Shown here piece after piece: positions 42,667 to 56,909 of a stretch of 64,000 nt of DNA; position 1 is the first letter of the stretch; the number at the start of each line of letters is the position of its first letter. The stretch covers positions 10,292,001-10,356,000 of the forward strand of contig OZ024741.1 of the NCBI GenBank assembly GCA_964016885.1, given 5' to 3'. The translations under genes were made by a program, and so were the position numbers. This DNA is from Eledone cirrhosa (Eukaryota). The notes under the pieces were generated by a model that saw nothing but the letters and a program-made list of their open reading frames with translations, searched no databases and had not been told where the DNA came from.

Positions 42667-43232
42667 TACAACTGAGAAAATATTGTCTCACAAAGAGAAA
42701 TTAAAAAACCGTTGGAAGATAATAGATAATTTAAAAGATTTTGAAATTAAAATTTAATGAGGTTTATGCATGAAGAAAAAAGGAATTAAGAATAGTATAA
42801 AAATTAAGGTTTGTATATTGAAGGGTTTAATATGTGCGAAAAAAAGGATTTATTAATATGTATTATTAAAATAAAAATATTAAGGATATTAAGGATATAA
42901 TGTGAAAGAAGGAGAAGAATAAATGAGTTATGAACTTAGAGGAATTAGTTAGGGTTTAAGTTTGTTTTTATGTATTGTAATATGTAAACGTAAATAGTAG
43001 GTTTAAAATGAGGATGGAAGGAGAGAAGAAAAAAGAAAGTTTGAGGAAGAAAATATCTAACGTCAAAAAGTATATATGTTTACGAAAATATTTTCTAATG
43101 GTAATATTATAATATATTAAAAAAGAAATTAGTTAGGGTTTAAGTTTGTTTTTATGTATTGTAATATGTAAAAGTAAAAGTAAATAGTAGGTTTAAAACG
43201 AACATGGAACGAGAGAAGAAAGAAGAAAAATT
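42292..43232 (-). mobile_element. 5'-truncated copy of the 3' UTR of the PLE at 58407-61700
   Basis: Colinear with 58407-59130; HHR at 42324-42394 with core CUGCUGA; internal duplication 42945 vs 43128. Confidence 0.88.
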
Positions 43233-43406
43233 AAAGTCGATCGATCCTTTTTATATATATATATATATATATGAAAGGATCGATCGACTTTCGTCAAATC
43301 GAACCGAGGAAACAATGTTTCTATTGGTCTTTCCAGTTGCTAGTACTATGTATCGGTCGCAACTCCAGGTAGAAGGAACAACGTGAAATAAAGTGTCTTG
43401 CTCAAG

Positions 43407-44553
<1,147 letters not shown>

Positions 44554-44620
44554 ATATATATATATCTGGATGCCGTAGAACACGCCAATGGTAGCCGGGC
44601 GCCAGCCGGACGGGACAGTA

Positions 44621-44711
<91 letters not shown>

Positions 44712-44713
<2 letters not shown>

Positions 44714-44992
44714 GATAACAAGTTATCGTTTTAGGTAATCCAGTTAGAGGTTGTGAGTACTCTGTATTGTGGATATTTTTGATTCTCCGATGTATCTATA
44801 AATACCAATGCCATGTGTTAAACCCTCCAGTATTCCGATGATTTGATCAGAGACACACACTGTATTTACGGTCGAGTGGCGCAATTTCGCGTGATTAGCG
44901 GCCTTTAGACTCACCTGATCAATGAAACAATTGTTAATATTGTAAATAAAATCCTTTTTGTACAGCCGACCATGTTATTCTTGACTCTTTCA

Positions 44993-44996
<4 letters not shown>
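44712..44996 (+). mobile_element. 285-bp solo pLTR/retrozyme-like element in (TA)n with HHR-like motif (44828-44942)
   Basis: CAGUAUU-CCGAUGA-uUUGAUCAG...CUGAUCAAu-GAAA-CAAUU-GUU-AAUAUUG; tataaata upstream. Confidence 0.65.
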
Positions 44997-45034
<38 letters not shown>

Positions 45035-45158
45035 AAGACCAACATAGAATATTAGAAAATATTCTGTATGTTTATAATAAACATTTTGAAGACCCAATCG
45101 CTATAGAATAGAATACGTCACGTATTACAATTTGAGATTCTCGACAAAAGCAAGGGAA

Positions 45159-45201
45159 GTAATCTACGCGTTTCATTCTTGTTAGAAATCATCAGGATTA
45201 C
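45159..45201 (-). ncRNA. Minimal type I hammerhead ribozyme (mirror of 45496-45538)
   Basis: Reverse complement of the + copy. Confidence 0.85.
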
Positions 45202-45495
45202 ATATCCAATGCTTTTATCGAGAACGACACAGCTAGAGACTTATAGAATACTTAGCTGTGTACAGGAACTGGTTTGAAAGAGCGGTAGCCGGTCCGGCAG
45301 AAATTAAAATTTGGATTTAATGCTCTGAAATAGCGATATATATATGTGAAGACGAACATAGAATATTCGAAAATATTCTGTATGTTTATAATAAACATTT
45401 TGAAGACCCAATCGCTCTTTCAAACCAGTTCCTGTACACAGCTAAGTATTCTATAAGTCTCTAGCTGTGTCGTTCTCGATAAAAGCATTGGATAT

Positions 45496-45538
45496 GTAAT
45501 CCTGATGATTTCTAACAAGAATGAAACGCGTAGATTAC
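45496..45538 (+). ncRNA. Minimal type I hammerhead ribozyme
   Basis: GUAAUC-CUGAUGA-uUUCU AACA AGAAu-GAAA-CGC-GUA-GAUUAC: perfect 6-bp stem I, palindromic stem III ACGCGU, GUA cleavage triplet. Confidence 0.88.
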
Positions 45539-45695
45539 TTCCCTTGCTTTTGTCGAGAATCTCAAATTGTAATACGTGACGTATTCTATTCTATAGCGAT
45601 TGGGTCTTCAAAATGTTTATTATAAACATACAGAATATTTTCGAATATTCTATGTTGGTCTTCACATATATATCGCTATTTCAGAGCATTAAATC

Positions 45696-45750
<55 letters not shown>

Positions 45751-46339
45751 CAATATGGCTGACTGAATACACACGTGATAAACATTTCTTTCCGTTCCTG
45801 CCCCATCACACTCTCTATCTTTCTTTTTCATATGTTATTGTCATTCTATCTTTTGATGAAGGACTAGTATCCGAAACATAAAATTGTTTTCCAGTTAATC
45901 AAGCATTAAACTAATATATTTCTTCGTGTATTGTGTTGTTTGCTTTGTCGTTTATCTTTGCTTTTACATAGATATGTATATATCGACACCAATGCATTAC
46001 AGGTGCTTTATTTTATCGACCCAGGACGGATAAGAGGCAAAGCTAACCTCGAATGCAATGATTTAAAAAAATATATATATAAAAGAATCAGGACCCCGAC
46101 GGCTAAGCTGCGGTCGTTTCGAGAGCTAGATCCGAACGCATTACTGGAGCTTTAAGTTATCGACCCTGTAATTGTGAAAGACAAAGCTAATCTCGAATAC
46201 AATGATTTTAAAGAATATTTCCTAGAATGTTAAATTAAGTACAAGTTATGATATATAACAGTGGTGCTAATGCTTCTATTTAAACTCTAATATTCCCGTC
46301 CTCTAATTCCATTGATTACCTTAACCAAATGTCTGTGTT

Positions 46340-46371
<32 letters not shown>

Positions 46372-46403
46372 TGTATGTATGTATGTATGTATGTATGTAT
46401 GTA

Positions 46404-46658
46404 TGTGACTTTGGACATCCTGCAGGACTAAAAACAAAACCTGTCAAAGTGAAAAGGAGCTCTTAAGAGTCAATGGCCATCCAAAATCACCGAGAGAGAT
46501 GACCCCTTAGCCTTTGTCAAGGCAGAATTCTAGGAGAAGGAAAACTCTGATATAACACCTGCAGCCCTGATGGTATCCAATGATGTTGACTTGTTCTTCT
46601 TTTTGGTAAATATCATCTTGGTTAAGTGGCCGTACTCGAAAACGAGTTGGCAACCACC
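46404..46658 (+). mobile_element. Truncated, internally deleted copy of the 47349 element
   Basis: Matches 47467-47687 joined directly to the 3' end tggccgtactcgaaaacgagttggcaaccacc. Confidence 0.8.
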
Positions 46659-46659
46659 G

Positions 46660-47348
46660 TATAAGTATATATGTATGTATGTATATGGGTATGTATGTAT
46701 GTATATGTATAAGTATATATGTATGCATGTATATGTATGAGTATATGTGTATGTATGTATATGTGTATAAGTATATATGTATGTATATGTATATAAGTAT
46801 ATATGTATGTATATGTATATGAGTATATGTGTATGTATATGTATATAAGTATATATGTATGTATATGTATATGAGTATATATGTATGTATATGTATATAA
46901 GTATATGTGTATGTATATGTATATAAGTATGTGTGTGTATGTATATATATGAGTATATATGTATGTATGTATATATGTGAGTATGTATGTATGTATGTAT
47001 ATATATAAGTATATATGCATGTATGTATATGTGTAAGTATGTATGTATGTATATGAGTATGTATGTATATGTATAAGTATATATGTATGTATATATATGA
47101 GTATGTATGTATGTATATGTATAAGTGTGTATGTATGTATATGTATAAGTATGTATGTATGTATATGTATAAGTATGTATGTATGTATATGAGTATGTAT
47201 GTATGTATATATATGAGTATGTATGTATGTATATATATGAGTATGTATATATGTATGTATATGTGTAAGTATGTATGTATGTATGTATGTATGTATGTAT
47301 GTATGTATATGTATAAGTATGTATGTATGTATGTATGTATATATATAA
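46660..47348. repeat. (TATG)n-based degenerate repeat
   Basis: Direct. Confidence 0.9.
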
Positions 47349-48635
47349 GTTATGTCAGGTCACCAGTTGGTGCTACTGGTAACATGTATCCCAGTACAAC
47401 CTGTCACATGGTCGGGTCGTTGGCGACTAAACTGGCAACCCCACCAAGGTTTCTTGGTGAGGAGGGTGACTTTGGACATCCTGCAGGACTAAAAACAAAA
47501 CCTGTCAAAGAGCAAAGGAGCTCGTAAGAGTCAATGGCCATCCAAAATCACCGGGAGAGATGACCCCTTAGCCTTTGTCAAGGCAGAATTCTAGGAGAAG
47601 GAAAACTCTGATATAACACTTGCAACCCTGATGGTATCCAATGATGTTGACTTGTTATTCTTTTTGGTAAATATCATCTTGGTTAAGAGAGTGGGACTGG
47701 TTTGTGCAGTGCCTTTACTCACTATAAAAGCTTCACGGCCCAGGGTTTGCTTTATACCTGGAGATCTCTCTGCACTTGTCGTCACATGGTACCATGGGCC
47801 CAGCACTGTGTGTCAATAATTGTCACAAGTGTAGTGTTTGTACCAGAGTTTTCAAGTCGCTGGCTGGACTAAAAAGCCACACTTGTTCAGCGCATCGGTA
47901 GGGGTTCTCCTACATGGATATAAAGTAGTGGCCGTACTCGAAAACGAGTTGGCAGCCACCATATATATATATATGTTATGTTATATATATGTTATGTTAT
48001 ATATATGTTATGTTATATATATGTTATGTCAGGTCACCAGTTGGTGCTACTGGTAACATGTATCCCAGTACAACCTGTCCCATGGTCGGGTCGTTGGCGA
48101 CTAAACTGGCAACCCCACCAAGATTTCTTGGTGAGGAGGGTGACTTTGGACATCCTGCAGGACTAAAAACAAAACCTGTCAAAGGGCAAAGGAGCTCTTA
48201 AGAGTCAATGGCAATCCAAAATCACCGGGAGAGATGACCCCTTAGCCTTTGTCTAGGCAGAATTCTAGGAGAAGGAAAACTCTGATATAACACCTGCAAC
48301 CCTGATGGTATCCAATGATGTTGACTTGTTATTCCTTTTGGTAAATATCATCTTGGTTAAGAGAGTGGGACTGGCTTTGTGCAGTGCCTTTGCTCACTAT
48401 AAAAGCTTCACGGCACAGGCATTGCTTTATATCTGGAGATCTCTCTGCACTTGTCGTCACATGGTACCATGGGCCCAGCACTATGTGTCAATAATTGTCA
48501 CAAGTGTAGTGTCTGTACCAGAGTTTTCAAGTCGCTGGCTGGACTAAAAGGTCACACTCGTTCAGCGTATCGGTAGGGGTTCTCCTACATGGATATAAAG
48601 TAGTGGCCGTACTCGAAAACGAGTTGGCAGCCACC
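47349..48635 (+). mobile_element. Two tandem copies (674-bp period) of a short RTE-derived non-autonomous element
   Basis: gtcaggtcacc at 47354 and 48028; 47824-47880 encodes HKCSVCTRVFKSLAGLKSH, a C2H2-like motif found at the C-terminus of some RTE ORFs; no RT. Confidence 0.65.
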
Positions 48636-48925
48636 ATATATGTATGAACGTATGTATGTGTGAATGTATGTATGTATACATCTATGTATGCATGTAAATA
48701 TGTATGCATGTACACATATATGTATGTATATATGTATGTATACATATATGTATGCATTTATGTATATATTTATGTATATATGTATGCATGTAAGTATGTA
48801 TATATGTAAGTATTATGTATGTATATATGTATGTATGTATAATCACATTTTCACCTCGGTTTTGTATATACCCACACAATAATGTCTCTGTTTAACACTA
48901 TAAGAATATTTTCTTTATACATGTG

Positions 48926-49007
<82 letters not shown>

Positions 49008-49189
49008 TTTATTATTTTATTCATTGTACATCGTATGTGTATATAGTGTAGCTTTAAACATACTATATATCCTTATTATTCAAAATATGTATGCACGTAT
49101 ATACACACACACAAACATATATACACACTTACATACATTCATACACCCACACTCACACACCCCATATATATATATATATTATTTATATG

Positions 49190-49325
49190 CATGTATGTCT
49201 GTGTGTCTACGTGTGAGTGTCTGTGTGTGTCCGTATCTATCTGTGTGTATGTGTGTGTGTGTATGTATGTGTGTGTATGTGTGTGTGTGTGTCTCTATCT
49301 GTGTATGTGTTTGTGTGTGTTTCTA

Positions 49326-49359
<34 letters not shown>

Positions 49360-49910
49360 ACTATCTGTGTGTATGTATGTATGTGTCTGTGTGTGTCTCT
49401 ATATGTGTATGTGTGTGTGTGTGTGTGTGTCTCTATGTGTGTGTGTGTGTCTCTATCTGTGTGTGTGTGTGTATATGTGCATGTGTGTGTCTCTATCTGT
49501 ATGTGTGTATTTGTGTGTGTGTCTCTATCTCTGTGTGTATGTGTGTGTGTGTGTGTGTCTCTCTATCTCTGTGTGTGTGTGTGTGTGTCTCTATCTCTGT
49601 GTGTGTGTATGTGTGTGTGTGTGTCTCTCTATCTGTGTGTGTGTATGTGAGTGTGTGTGTCTGTCCCTATCTGTGAGTGTGTGTATGTGTGTGTGTGTGT
49701 ATGTGTGTGTGTGTATGTGTGTGTGTGTCTCTATCGGTGTGTGTGTGTCTCTCTCTATCTCTGTGTGTGTGTGCGTATGTGTGTGTGTCTCTATCTGTGT
49801 GTGTGTATGTGTGTGTGTGTGTGTGTCTCTATCTGCGTGTGTGTATGTGTGTGTGTGTGTCTGTCCCTATCTGTGAGTGTGTGTGTGTCTCTATCTGCGT
49901 GTGTGTGTGT
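49190..49910. repeat. (GT)n punctuated by CTCTATCT
   Basis: Direct. Confidence 0.9.
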
Positions 49911-52039
49911 TCGTATATCAAATCACTGGGGTTTAGATTAATAGATTATGTTTCAAATCATCGTTCTAGATTAAATAGATTGGCAGATCAAGGGATCAGG
50001 TTGTTGTCAGTCTAGTTGACAAGTGCTATCTTATTTCATGGGACTGGGAGGTGAAGCTCTGCTATCACCCCTATTTTAGTCATTCACACCAATTTATTAT
50101 ACTATAGTCAAACTATTGATCTATTTAGCAACTACAATGCCTGAAATTGCTCCGCCAATAGATGCCAGCTGCTAGGTGATAGTGAGGAAAGCATGCTGTG
50201 ATGTTCATGCCTTCCTCGAAGCTGATGTTGTTGCAGTTTAGCTTATGTTAATTCCTTATGTCGCTGTTTAGCCCCAGGATAGTCCTCATAGAGCAGACAA
50301 ACCTATGATTAAACACTATTCCAGCTAAGTGTCACCTATTTTATACCTTGTATTGGGTTGTTATTTAACCCCAGGCCAGTCTTAATAGAACGGTCATAGC
50401 TATGATCAACGTGATTGAATAAATTAGTTCCAAGAATAAATTAGTGCTAAATTTAATCTGTCATTCCATTCAACCCTTTGATTACCATATTTCTATTAAA
50501 AGACACTGCCCAGGTGTTGCAATCAATTTCCTATAATAACTATCGTTTTCATGTTGGGGTCTTACATAATTATGATGGAATGATTTAATATAAAGATGAG
50601 AATTTTATGGGCAGTGTTTCTATCAGAGAAATAGGGGCAGCTTCAGGCGGGTTGATACCAAAAATGCTAACACCATATCTGCTTGACCTATTAGTATATC
50701 TCGCGAATAACATACAGTTGTATTTAATTTACAGGCAGAATGTTCATTTTGGGATACTTTCTAACCCACGTCGTTATGTTTGAAAATGTACTACGTTTTA
50801 TAAAATTGATCGGGTACCGATGCCTTCGTTTTCTGACATTAAAGATGAAGGGAAATATATGGGTACTAGTCAAGGTTTGAAGATTTGGTTTATAAAATGA
50901 ATCAGGTAAACTCTACGTAATCAAGGTTTGAAAATTTGGTGCTACATTTCATAAAATTAACCAGGTAAACCCTGCCTTCGTTTTCTGCCAAACTCATAAA
51001 GGGTAAAGAGAAATATGTGGATGCTAGGCTAGTCAAGATTTGAAACCGAGTTGTCATCACCAATTTGCCAAAACCAAAACTTCCTTTGTACACAACGGTG
51101 ATCAGCAATGTTTAAATCGAAGATTAAAGCCTAATTCAATGATTGTCTTTCTGTCATCTTTTGTTGATGTCTTTGTCTTAGTTGGTTGTACCGAATTAGA
51201 TATGATAACAAGAAAGATATTATTAGCTGAAATAGAAAGTCCTTGTAAAGACATGAATGGGGACAACGCTTGACATTTTCCATTTTTTAATCTGTTGCTT
51301 GTGTCAACACAATCGCTACCTAACCCTCATGCCTTCACACTGCACAAACATACACACACACACTCTCACATACACTCTTACACGCACACACATAAGCACT
51401 CGTACATACACACATACGCAGTCACACACACATGCACGATCATACACATTCATACACTCATACACAAACACATACACACACATACACACACTTACACGTA
51501 CATACCCTCACACACATATACACTTATACATACAGACTTATACACACATGCACACACTTATACGCACACTTATACATATATATATACACACTCCTAACCC
51601 CACTCTCCTACTACGCTAGTAAAACCAATTATACCAACAAATATGTCTTCCCAACTATTTCAAGCGTGAATGGAAACGGGCCAAACAACCTGTTTAGAAA
51701 GGGACGCCGCTCTACCAACTGAATGGGACACAGTTCAAATATCGGACGATGCTTTATGTGTACCTTGGACGAATATTTAGAACTAGCGGAACACGTGGAA
51801 ATTCCACGGACGGAAATATTAAGAGGAGCTATTTAAGAGACATTCGTCTAGCTATATCTCTTCTCTCCTGTTGTCGCAGTCAACCTTCTTCTAAAACCAT
51901 GTGTCTCTGTCCTTCATTCATTTCCTCACGTCTCTGTACACACACACAATTCATTACAATTGTGTGTGTGAATGTGTATATGCATATGTATACATTTATA
52001 TGTATGAGTATATAAATATAAACGTGCAAAAACACACAC

Positions 52040-52845
52040 AAAAAATACACTCACATACACTCACACAAACGCACACATACACTCACACAAACACACATAT
52101 ACACTCACACAAACACACATATATACTCACACAAACGCACACATACACTCACACAAACACACACATAAACTCACAAACACATATACACTCACACAAACGC
52201 ACACATACACTCACACAAACACACATATACACTCACACAAACGCACACATACGTTCACACAAACGCACACATACACTCACACAAACGAACACATACACTC
52301 ACACAAACGCACACATACACTCACACACACACATATACACTCACACAAACGTACACATACACTCACACAAACACACATATACACTCACACAAACGTACAC
52401 ATACACTCACACAAACACACATACACTCACACAAACGCACACATACACTCACACAAACACACACATACACTCACACAAACGCACACATACACTCACACAA
52501 ACACACATATACACTCACACAAACGCACACATACACTCACACAAACACATATACAGTCACACAAACGCACATATACACTCACACACACACATATACACTC
52601 ACACAAACACACATATACACTCACACAAACGCACACATACATTCACACAAACACATATACAGTCACACAAACGCACATATACACTCACACACACACATAT
52701 ACACTCACACACACACACATATACACTCACACACACACACATATACACTCACACAAACGCACATATACACTCACACAAACGCACATATACACTCACACAA
52801 ACGCACATATACACTCACACAAACGCACATATACACTCACACAAG
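52040..52845. repeat. CA-rich minisatellite, ~22-bp unit ACACATACACTCACACAAACGC
   Basis: Direct. Confidence 0.9.
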
Positions 52846-53001
52846 TGTAGCTAATCTTGGAACGCTCATCGCTATAGCGTTTCACCAGCTCCTTCCTTCC
52901 TCAATCATTACATAGATGTGTGTGTGTATGTAATAATTATTTTGTATAATGTGTCTATTTATGAATATGTATGACTAGATGTGTGTGTGTATGTGTGTGT
53001 A

Positions 53002-53055
<54 letters not shown>

Positions 53056-53742
53056 TACTTCTGTTGTCTATGTGTCTGTTTATGTATTTATGTGTAGATG
53101 TTGTATGTGTGTGTGTTTATGTATTTATATGTAGATGTGTGTGTGTGTGTGTGTGTGTGCGTGTGTGCGTTTATGTATTTATATGTAGATGTGCGTGTGT
53201 GTGTGTATGTGTGTATGTGCGTGTGTGCGTTTATGTATTTATATGTAACTGTGTGTGTATGTGTGTGTATGTGTAACGTATGAAGCAATGGACAAAACAC
53301 ACCAAGAATTATAAGATTTCACTTAGCGACATTATCCCCCCCCCCTCACTGCGTGACCTTTGTAAGTGAAACATTGTATAGTCGGAAAATATTAAGGCTA
53401 CACGTGTCTGTGAAATAACCACATGTAAGTTAATTTCACTAGCAGGCTGTTCTGTTGATCGAACAACTGGAACACTCACTCCTAGTCGAAACTGACGGAG
53501 ATCCATTGACTTCTCGCTGTGTTCATAGCTGTGGTTGTAGGTTATTGTTCCTGTAGTTGCTGTTGTTCTTGTTTAGCCAACCCCCGCCTCTTTGTTTATC
53601 AAGGCCTTTGCTATGGAAGAGTCCTTCACTTGTTTAAATGCGTAAATAGGGAATTAAGGATGGTTTGGTTGCTATTTTTAGCAGGTTAGGTCAGTTTAGG
53701 AAAGCAGTTCGATGGACTCAGTTGAAAATTACAAGAACAAAT

Positions 53743-53891
53743 AATTGTTTCTACTTTTGGCACAAGGCCAGCAATTATCCCAGTGTATTTCTGGTACTTT
53801 ATTTTATCGACCCCATAAGGATGAAAGGTAAAGTTAACCTAGGCAGGATTTGAACTCAGACCATAAAGGGCCGTAACTATTTGCTGCAAAG
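53743..53891 (-). mobile_element. SINE A body with intact B box, downstream of its amplified head
   Basis: Reverse complement gttacggccctttatggtctgagttcaaatcctgcctagg...ggggtcgataaaataaagtaccag. Confidence 0.88.
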
Positions 53892-55232
53892 CATGGCATC
53901 TGACCCTCTACCGATACTGCCAATCCACCACCCTAACATGGCATCTGACCCTCTACCGATACTGCCAATCCACCACCCTAGCATGACGTCAGACCCTCTA
54001 CCGATACTGCCAATCCACCACCCTAGCATGACGTCAGACCCTCTACCGATACTGCCAATCCACCACCCTAGCATGGCATCCACCCTCTACCGATACTGCC
54101 AATCCACCACCCCAGCATGGCGTCCACCCTCTACCGATACTGCCAATCCACCACCCTAACATGGTGTCCGACCCTCTACAGATACTGCCAATCCACCACC
54201 CTAACACGGTGTCCGCCCCTCTACCGATATTGCCAATCCACCACCCTAGCATGGTGTCTGACCCTCTACCGATACTGCCAATCCACCACCCTAACATGGT
54301 GTCAGACCCTCTACCTATACTACCAATCCACCACCCTAACATGGTGTCAGACCCTCTACCTATACTACCAATCCACCACCCTAACATGGTGTCAGACCCT
54401 CTACCGATACTGCCAATCCACCACCCTAACATGGTGTCCGACCCTCTACCGATATTGCCAATCCACCAACCTAACATGGTGTCTGACCCTCTACCGATAC
54501 TGCCAATCCACCACCCTAACATGGTGTCAGACCCTCTACCTATACTACCAATCCACCACCCTAACATGGTGTCAGACCCTCTACCTATACTACCAATCCA
54601 CCACCCTAACATGGTGTCAGACCCTCTACCTATACTACCAATCCACCACCCTAACATGGTGTCAGACCCTCTACCGATACTGCCAATCCACCACCCTAAC
54701 ATGGTGTCCGACCCTCTACCGATATTGCCAATCCACCACCCTAACATGGTGTCAGACCCTCTACCTATACTACCAATCCACCACCCTAACATGGTGTCCG
54801 ACCCTCTACCGATACTGCCAATCCACCACCCTAACATGGTGTCCGACCCTCTACCGATATTGCCAATCCACCACCCTAACATGGTGTCAGACCCTCTACC
54901 TATACTACCAATCCACGACCCTAACATGGTGTCCGACCCTCTACCGATATTGCCAATCCACCACCCTAACATGGTGTCAGACCCTCTACCTATACTACCA
55001 ATCCACGACCCTAACGTGGTGTCCGACCCTCTACCGATATTGCCAATCCACCACCCTAACATGGTGTCCGACCCTCTACCGATATTGCCAATCCACCACC
55101 CTAACATGGTGTCCGACCCTCTACCGATATTGCCAATCCACCACCCTAACATGGTGTCCGACCCTCTACCGATATTGCCAATCCACCACCCTAACATGGT
55201 GTCCGACCCTCTACCGATATTGCCAATCCACC
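53892..55232 (-). repeat. Minisatellite, 45-bp unit x ~30, derived from the SINE A 5' head
   Basis: Minus-strand unit ttagggtggtggattggcagtatcggtagagggtcggacaccatg matches 38897-38938. Confidence 0.95.
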
Positions 55233-55584
55233 TACAACAACAAATAATATACACACGTTATTGGTGTTCCATTATTCTCTAAACATAAATATCAATCTTT
55301 CGATATTTATTTACAATCTGAGGGGTGAATAATTGTTGTAGGGTGCCCTGTGGGAACATTCCTGTAAATAATAGAGGTCCTTCGATGTGAGAAATATAGG
55401 AAACACGGGTTTAGAAGTTCCTTCTTTGGTTCCTGGTGTCAGTAACAGCAGTGTGGGTGTGGAAGGAAGGCCAGGGTGCTGGAGGGTTATATGTAATGGT
55501 GACAACAACGAGGGTAGAGATAATCAAAGAGTGGAAACAAGTAACATTGCCATCTTATAATATTTCCTGCTTCTAGATTTTGCT

Positions 55585-55900
55585 ATTTGTGGTTAAAGTG
55601 TTCGGCAAACATTCTTAAGGTCGTGAGTTCGATTCCCTGCAATACGTTACGCCATTGAGCAAGACACTTTATTTCATGTTATTCTATTCCACACAACTGG
55701 GAAAAACGAAAAACAAACTGAATTGTTCGTATAATTGGACTGGCCTTATCACATTCAGGGTCACGCTGAATCTCCCTGAGAACAACGTTAGGAGTACACG
55801 TGACTATAGAAAGTACCTCTACATACAACAGCTATTTGCCTGTATTCAATCAACTGGATCAACTGGAACAGTTGTCGGAACAGATGTCACTTCCAACATA
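55585..55900 (+). mobile_element. tRNA-derived SINE, diverged
   Basis: gtggttaaagtgttcggc...gtgagttcgattccc...ttgagcaagacactttatttcatgtt; 3' part resembles family B. Confidence 0.7.
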
Positions 55901-55989
55901 CCTTGCTATCTCTAATTCTGTTGGAATTGTAGCGGCGTCCTAAAACTAACTTTCTCGTGTTTGACAATGGCTCTAACTCTTCTACACAC

Positions 55990-56089
<100 letters not shown>

Positions 56090-56148
56090 ACACACACACA
56101 CACACACAGACACACACACACACACACACACATACACACACACACACA

Positions 56149-56180
<32 letters not shown>

Positions 56181-56248
56181 TACACACACACACACACAGA
56201 CACACACACACACACACACACACACAATTGTGCGTGTGTGTGTGTGTG

Positions 56249-56296
<48 letters not shown>

Positions 56297-56297
<1 letters not shown>

Positions 56298-56575
56298 AAA
56301 AGTCTAACGTCTGTCTTAAGCCAGAAGGCTCATTTGGCCGGTGCTTATCCCGGTTTCATGGCGTGAAGCGTCTGAGAGTACAAGACTGCCCCATGGACAG
56401 GATACCAGTCCATCGCAGGGTTAAATCCCCAGCTATTGCTGGTACTCATTTTCAGTTCAGTATACTGGAACAACGTGAAATGAAATGTTTAGCTCAAGAA
56501 CACAACACACAACCCAGCAATCGAGCCCACGACATTATGATCGTAAGTCCAATACCCTTACCACTAGAAGACATG

Positions 56576-56578
<3 letters not shown>
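56297..56578 (-). mobile_element. tRNA-derived SINE (family C)
   Basis: Head aggcatgtcttctagtggtaaggg...gggctcgatt, central ccctgcgatggactggtatcctgtcca; head copy at 58061-58142 (+). Confidence 0.8.
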
Positions 56579-56631
<53 letters not shown>

Positions 56632-56684
56632 AGTATGTATGTATACGTACATACATATATGTATACAGACGTACAGTAGCATGC

Positions 56685-56715
<31 letters not shown>

Positions 56716-56866
56716 CAGGTACACATACATATATGTACGTATAAGTTTAGCGGACGCTTATTGTAGCGCCCGCTTTGTTCGTTTGTAAACAAACTGAACA
56801 GCCTGAATTTATGCCGTACGGTGTTAAGGCAACCACGTCACCTTTTTGTTCAACACTGACACAGGA

Positions 56867-56909
56867 ACGATGTACTAGTTTCAAGCTTGTTAGCTATCAT
56901 CAGCACCGT
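56867..56909 (-). ncRNA. Minimal type I hammerhead ribozyme within a ~330-bp TA-flanked element (56745-57078)
   Basis: ACGGUG-CUGAUGA-uAGCU AACA AGCUu-GAAA-CUA-GUA-CAUCGU; palindromic stem III ACUAGU. Confidence 0.85.

Larger units (their letters stand above)
45031..45700. mobile_element. Retrozyme/PLE-like element: ~1.2 copies of a 314-bp unit on - joined to an inverted copy on +
   Basis: tgtgaagac at 45031 and 45345; 45031-45284 is the reverse complement of 45413-45666; TA-flanked. Confidence 0.88.

Noticed and set aside
50790-51045. Diverged local duplication (tgccttcgttttctg...ctagtcaag..ttgaa twice)
   Set aside because: Short and degenerate, with no structural or functional signal
53892-55232. 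Telomeric repeat (CCCTAA in most units)
   Set aside because: One hexamer per 45-bp unit, formed at the junction; not a (TTAGGG)n tract
54043-55282. 373-403-aa repeat ORFs
   Set aside because: Read-through of a 45-bp SINE-derived minisatellite
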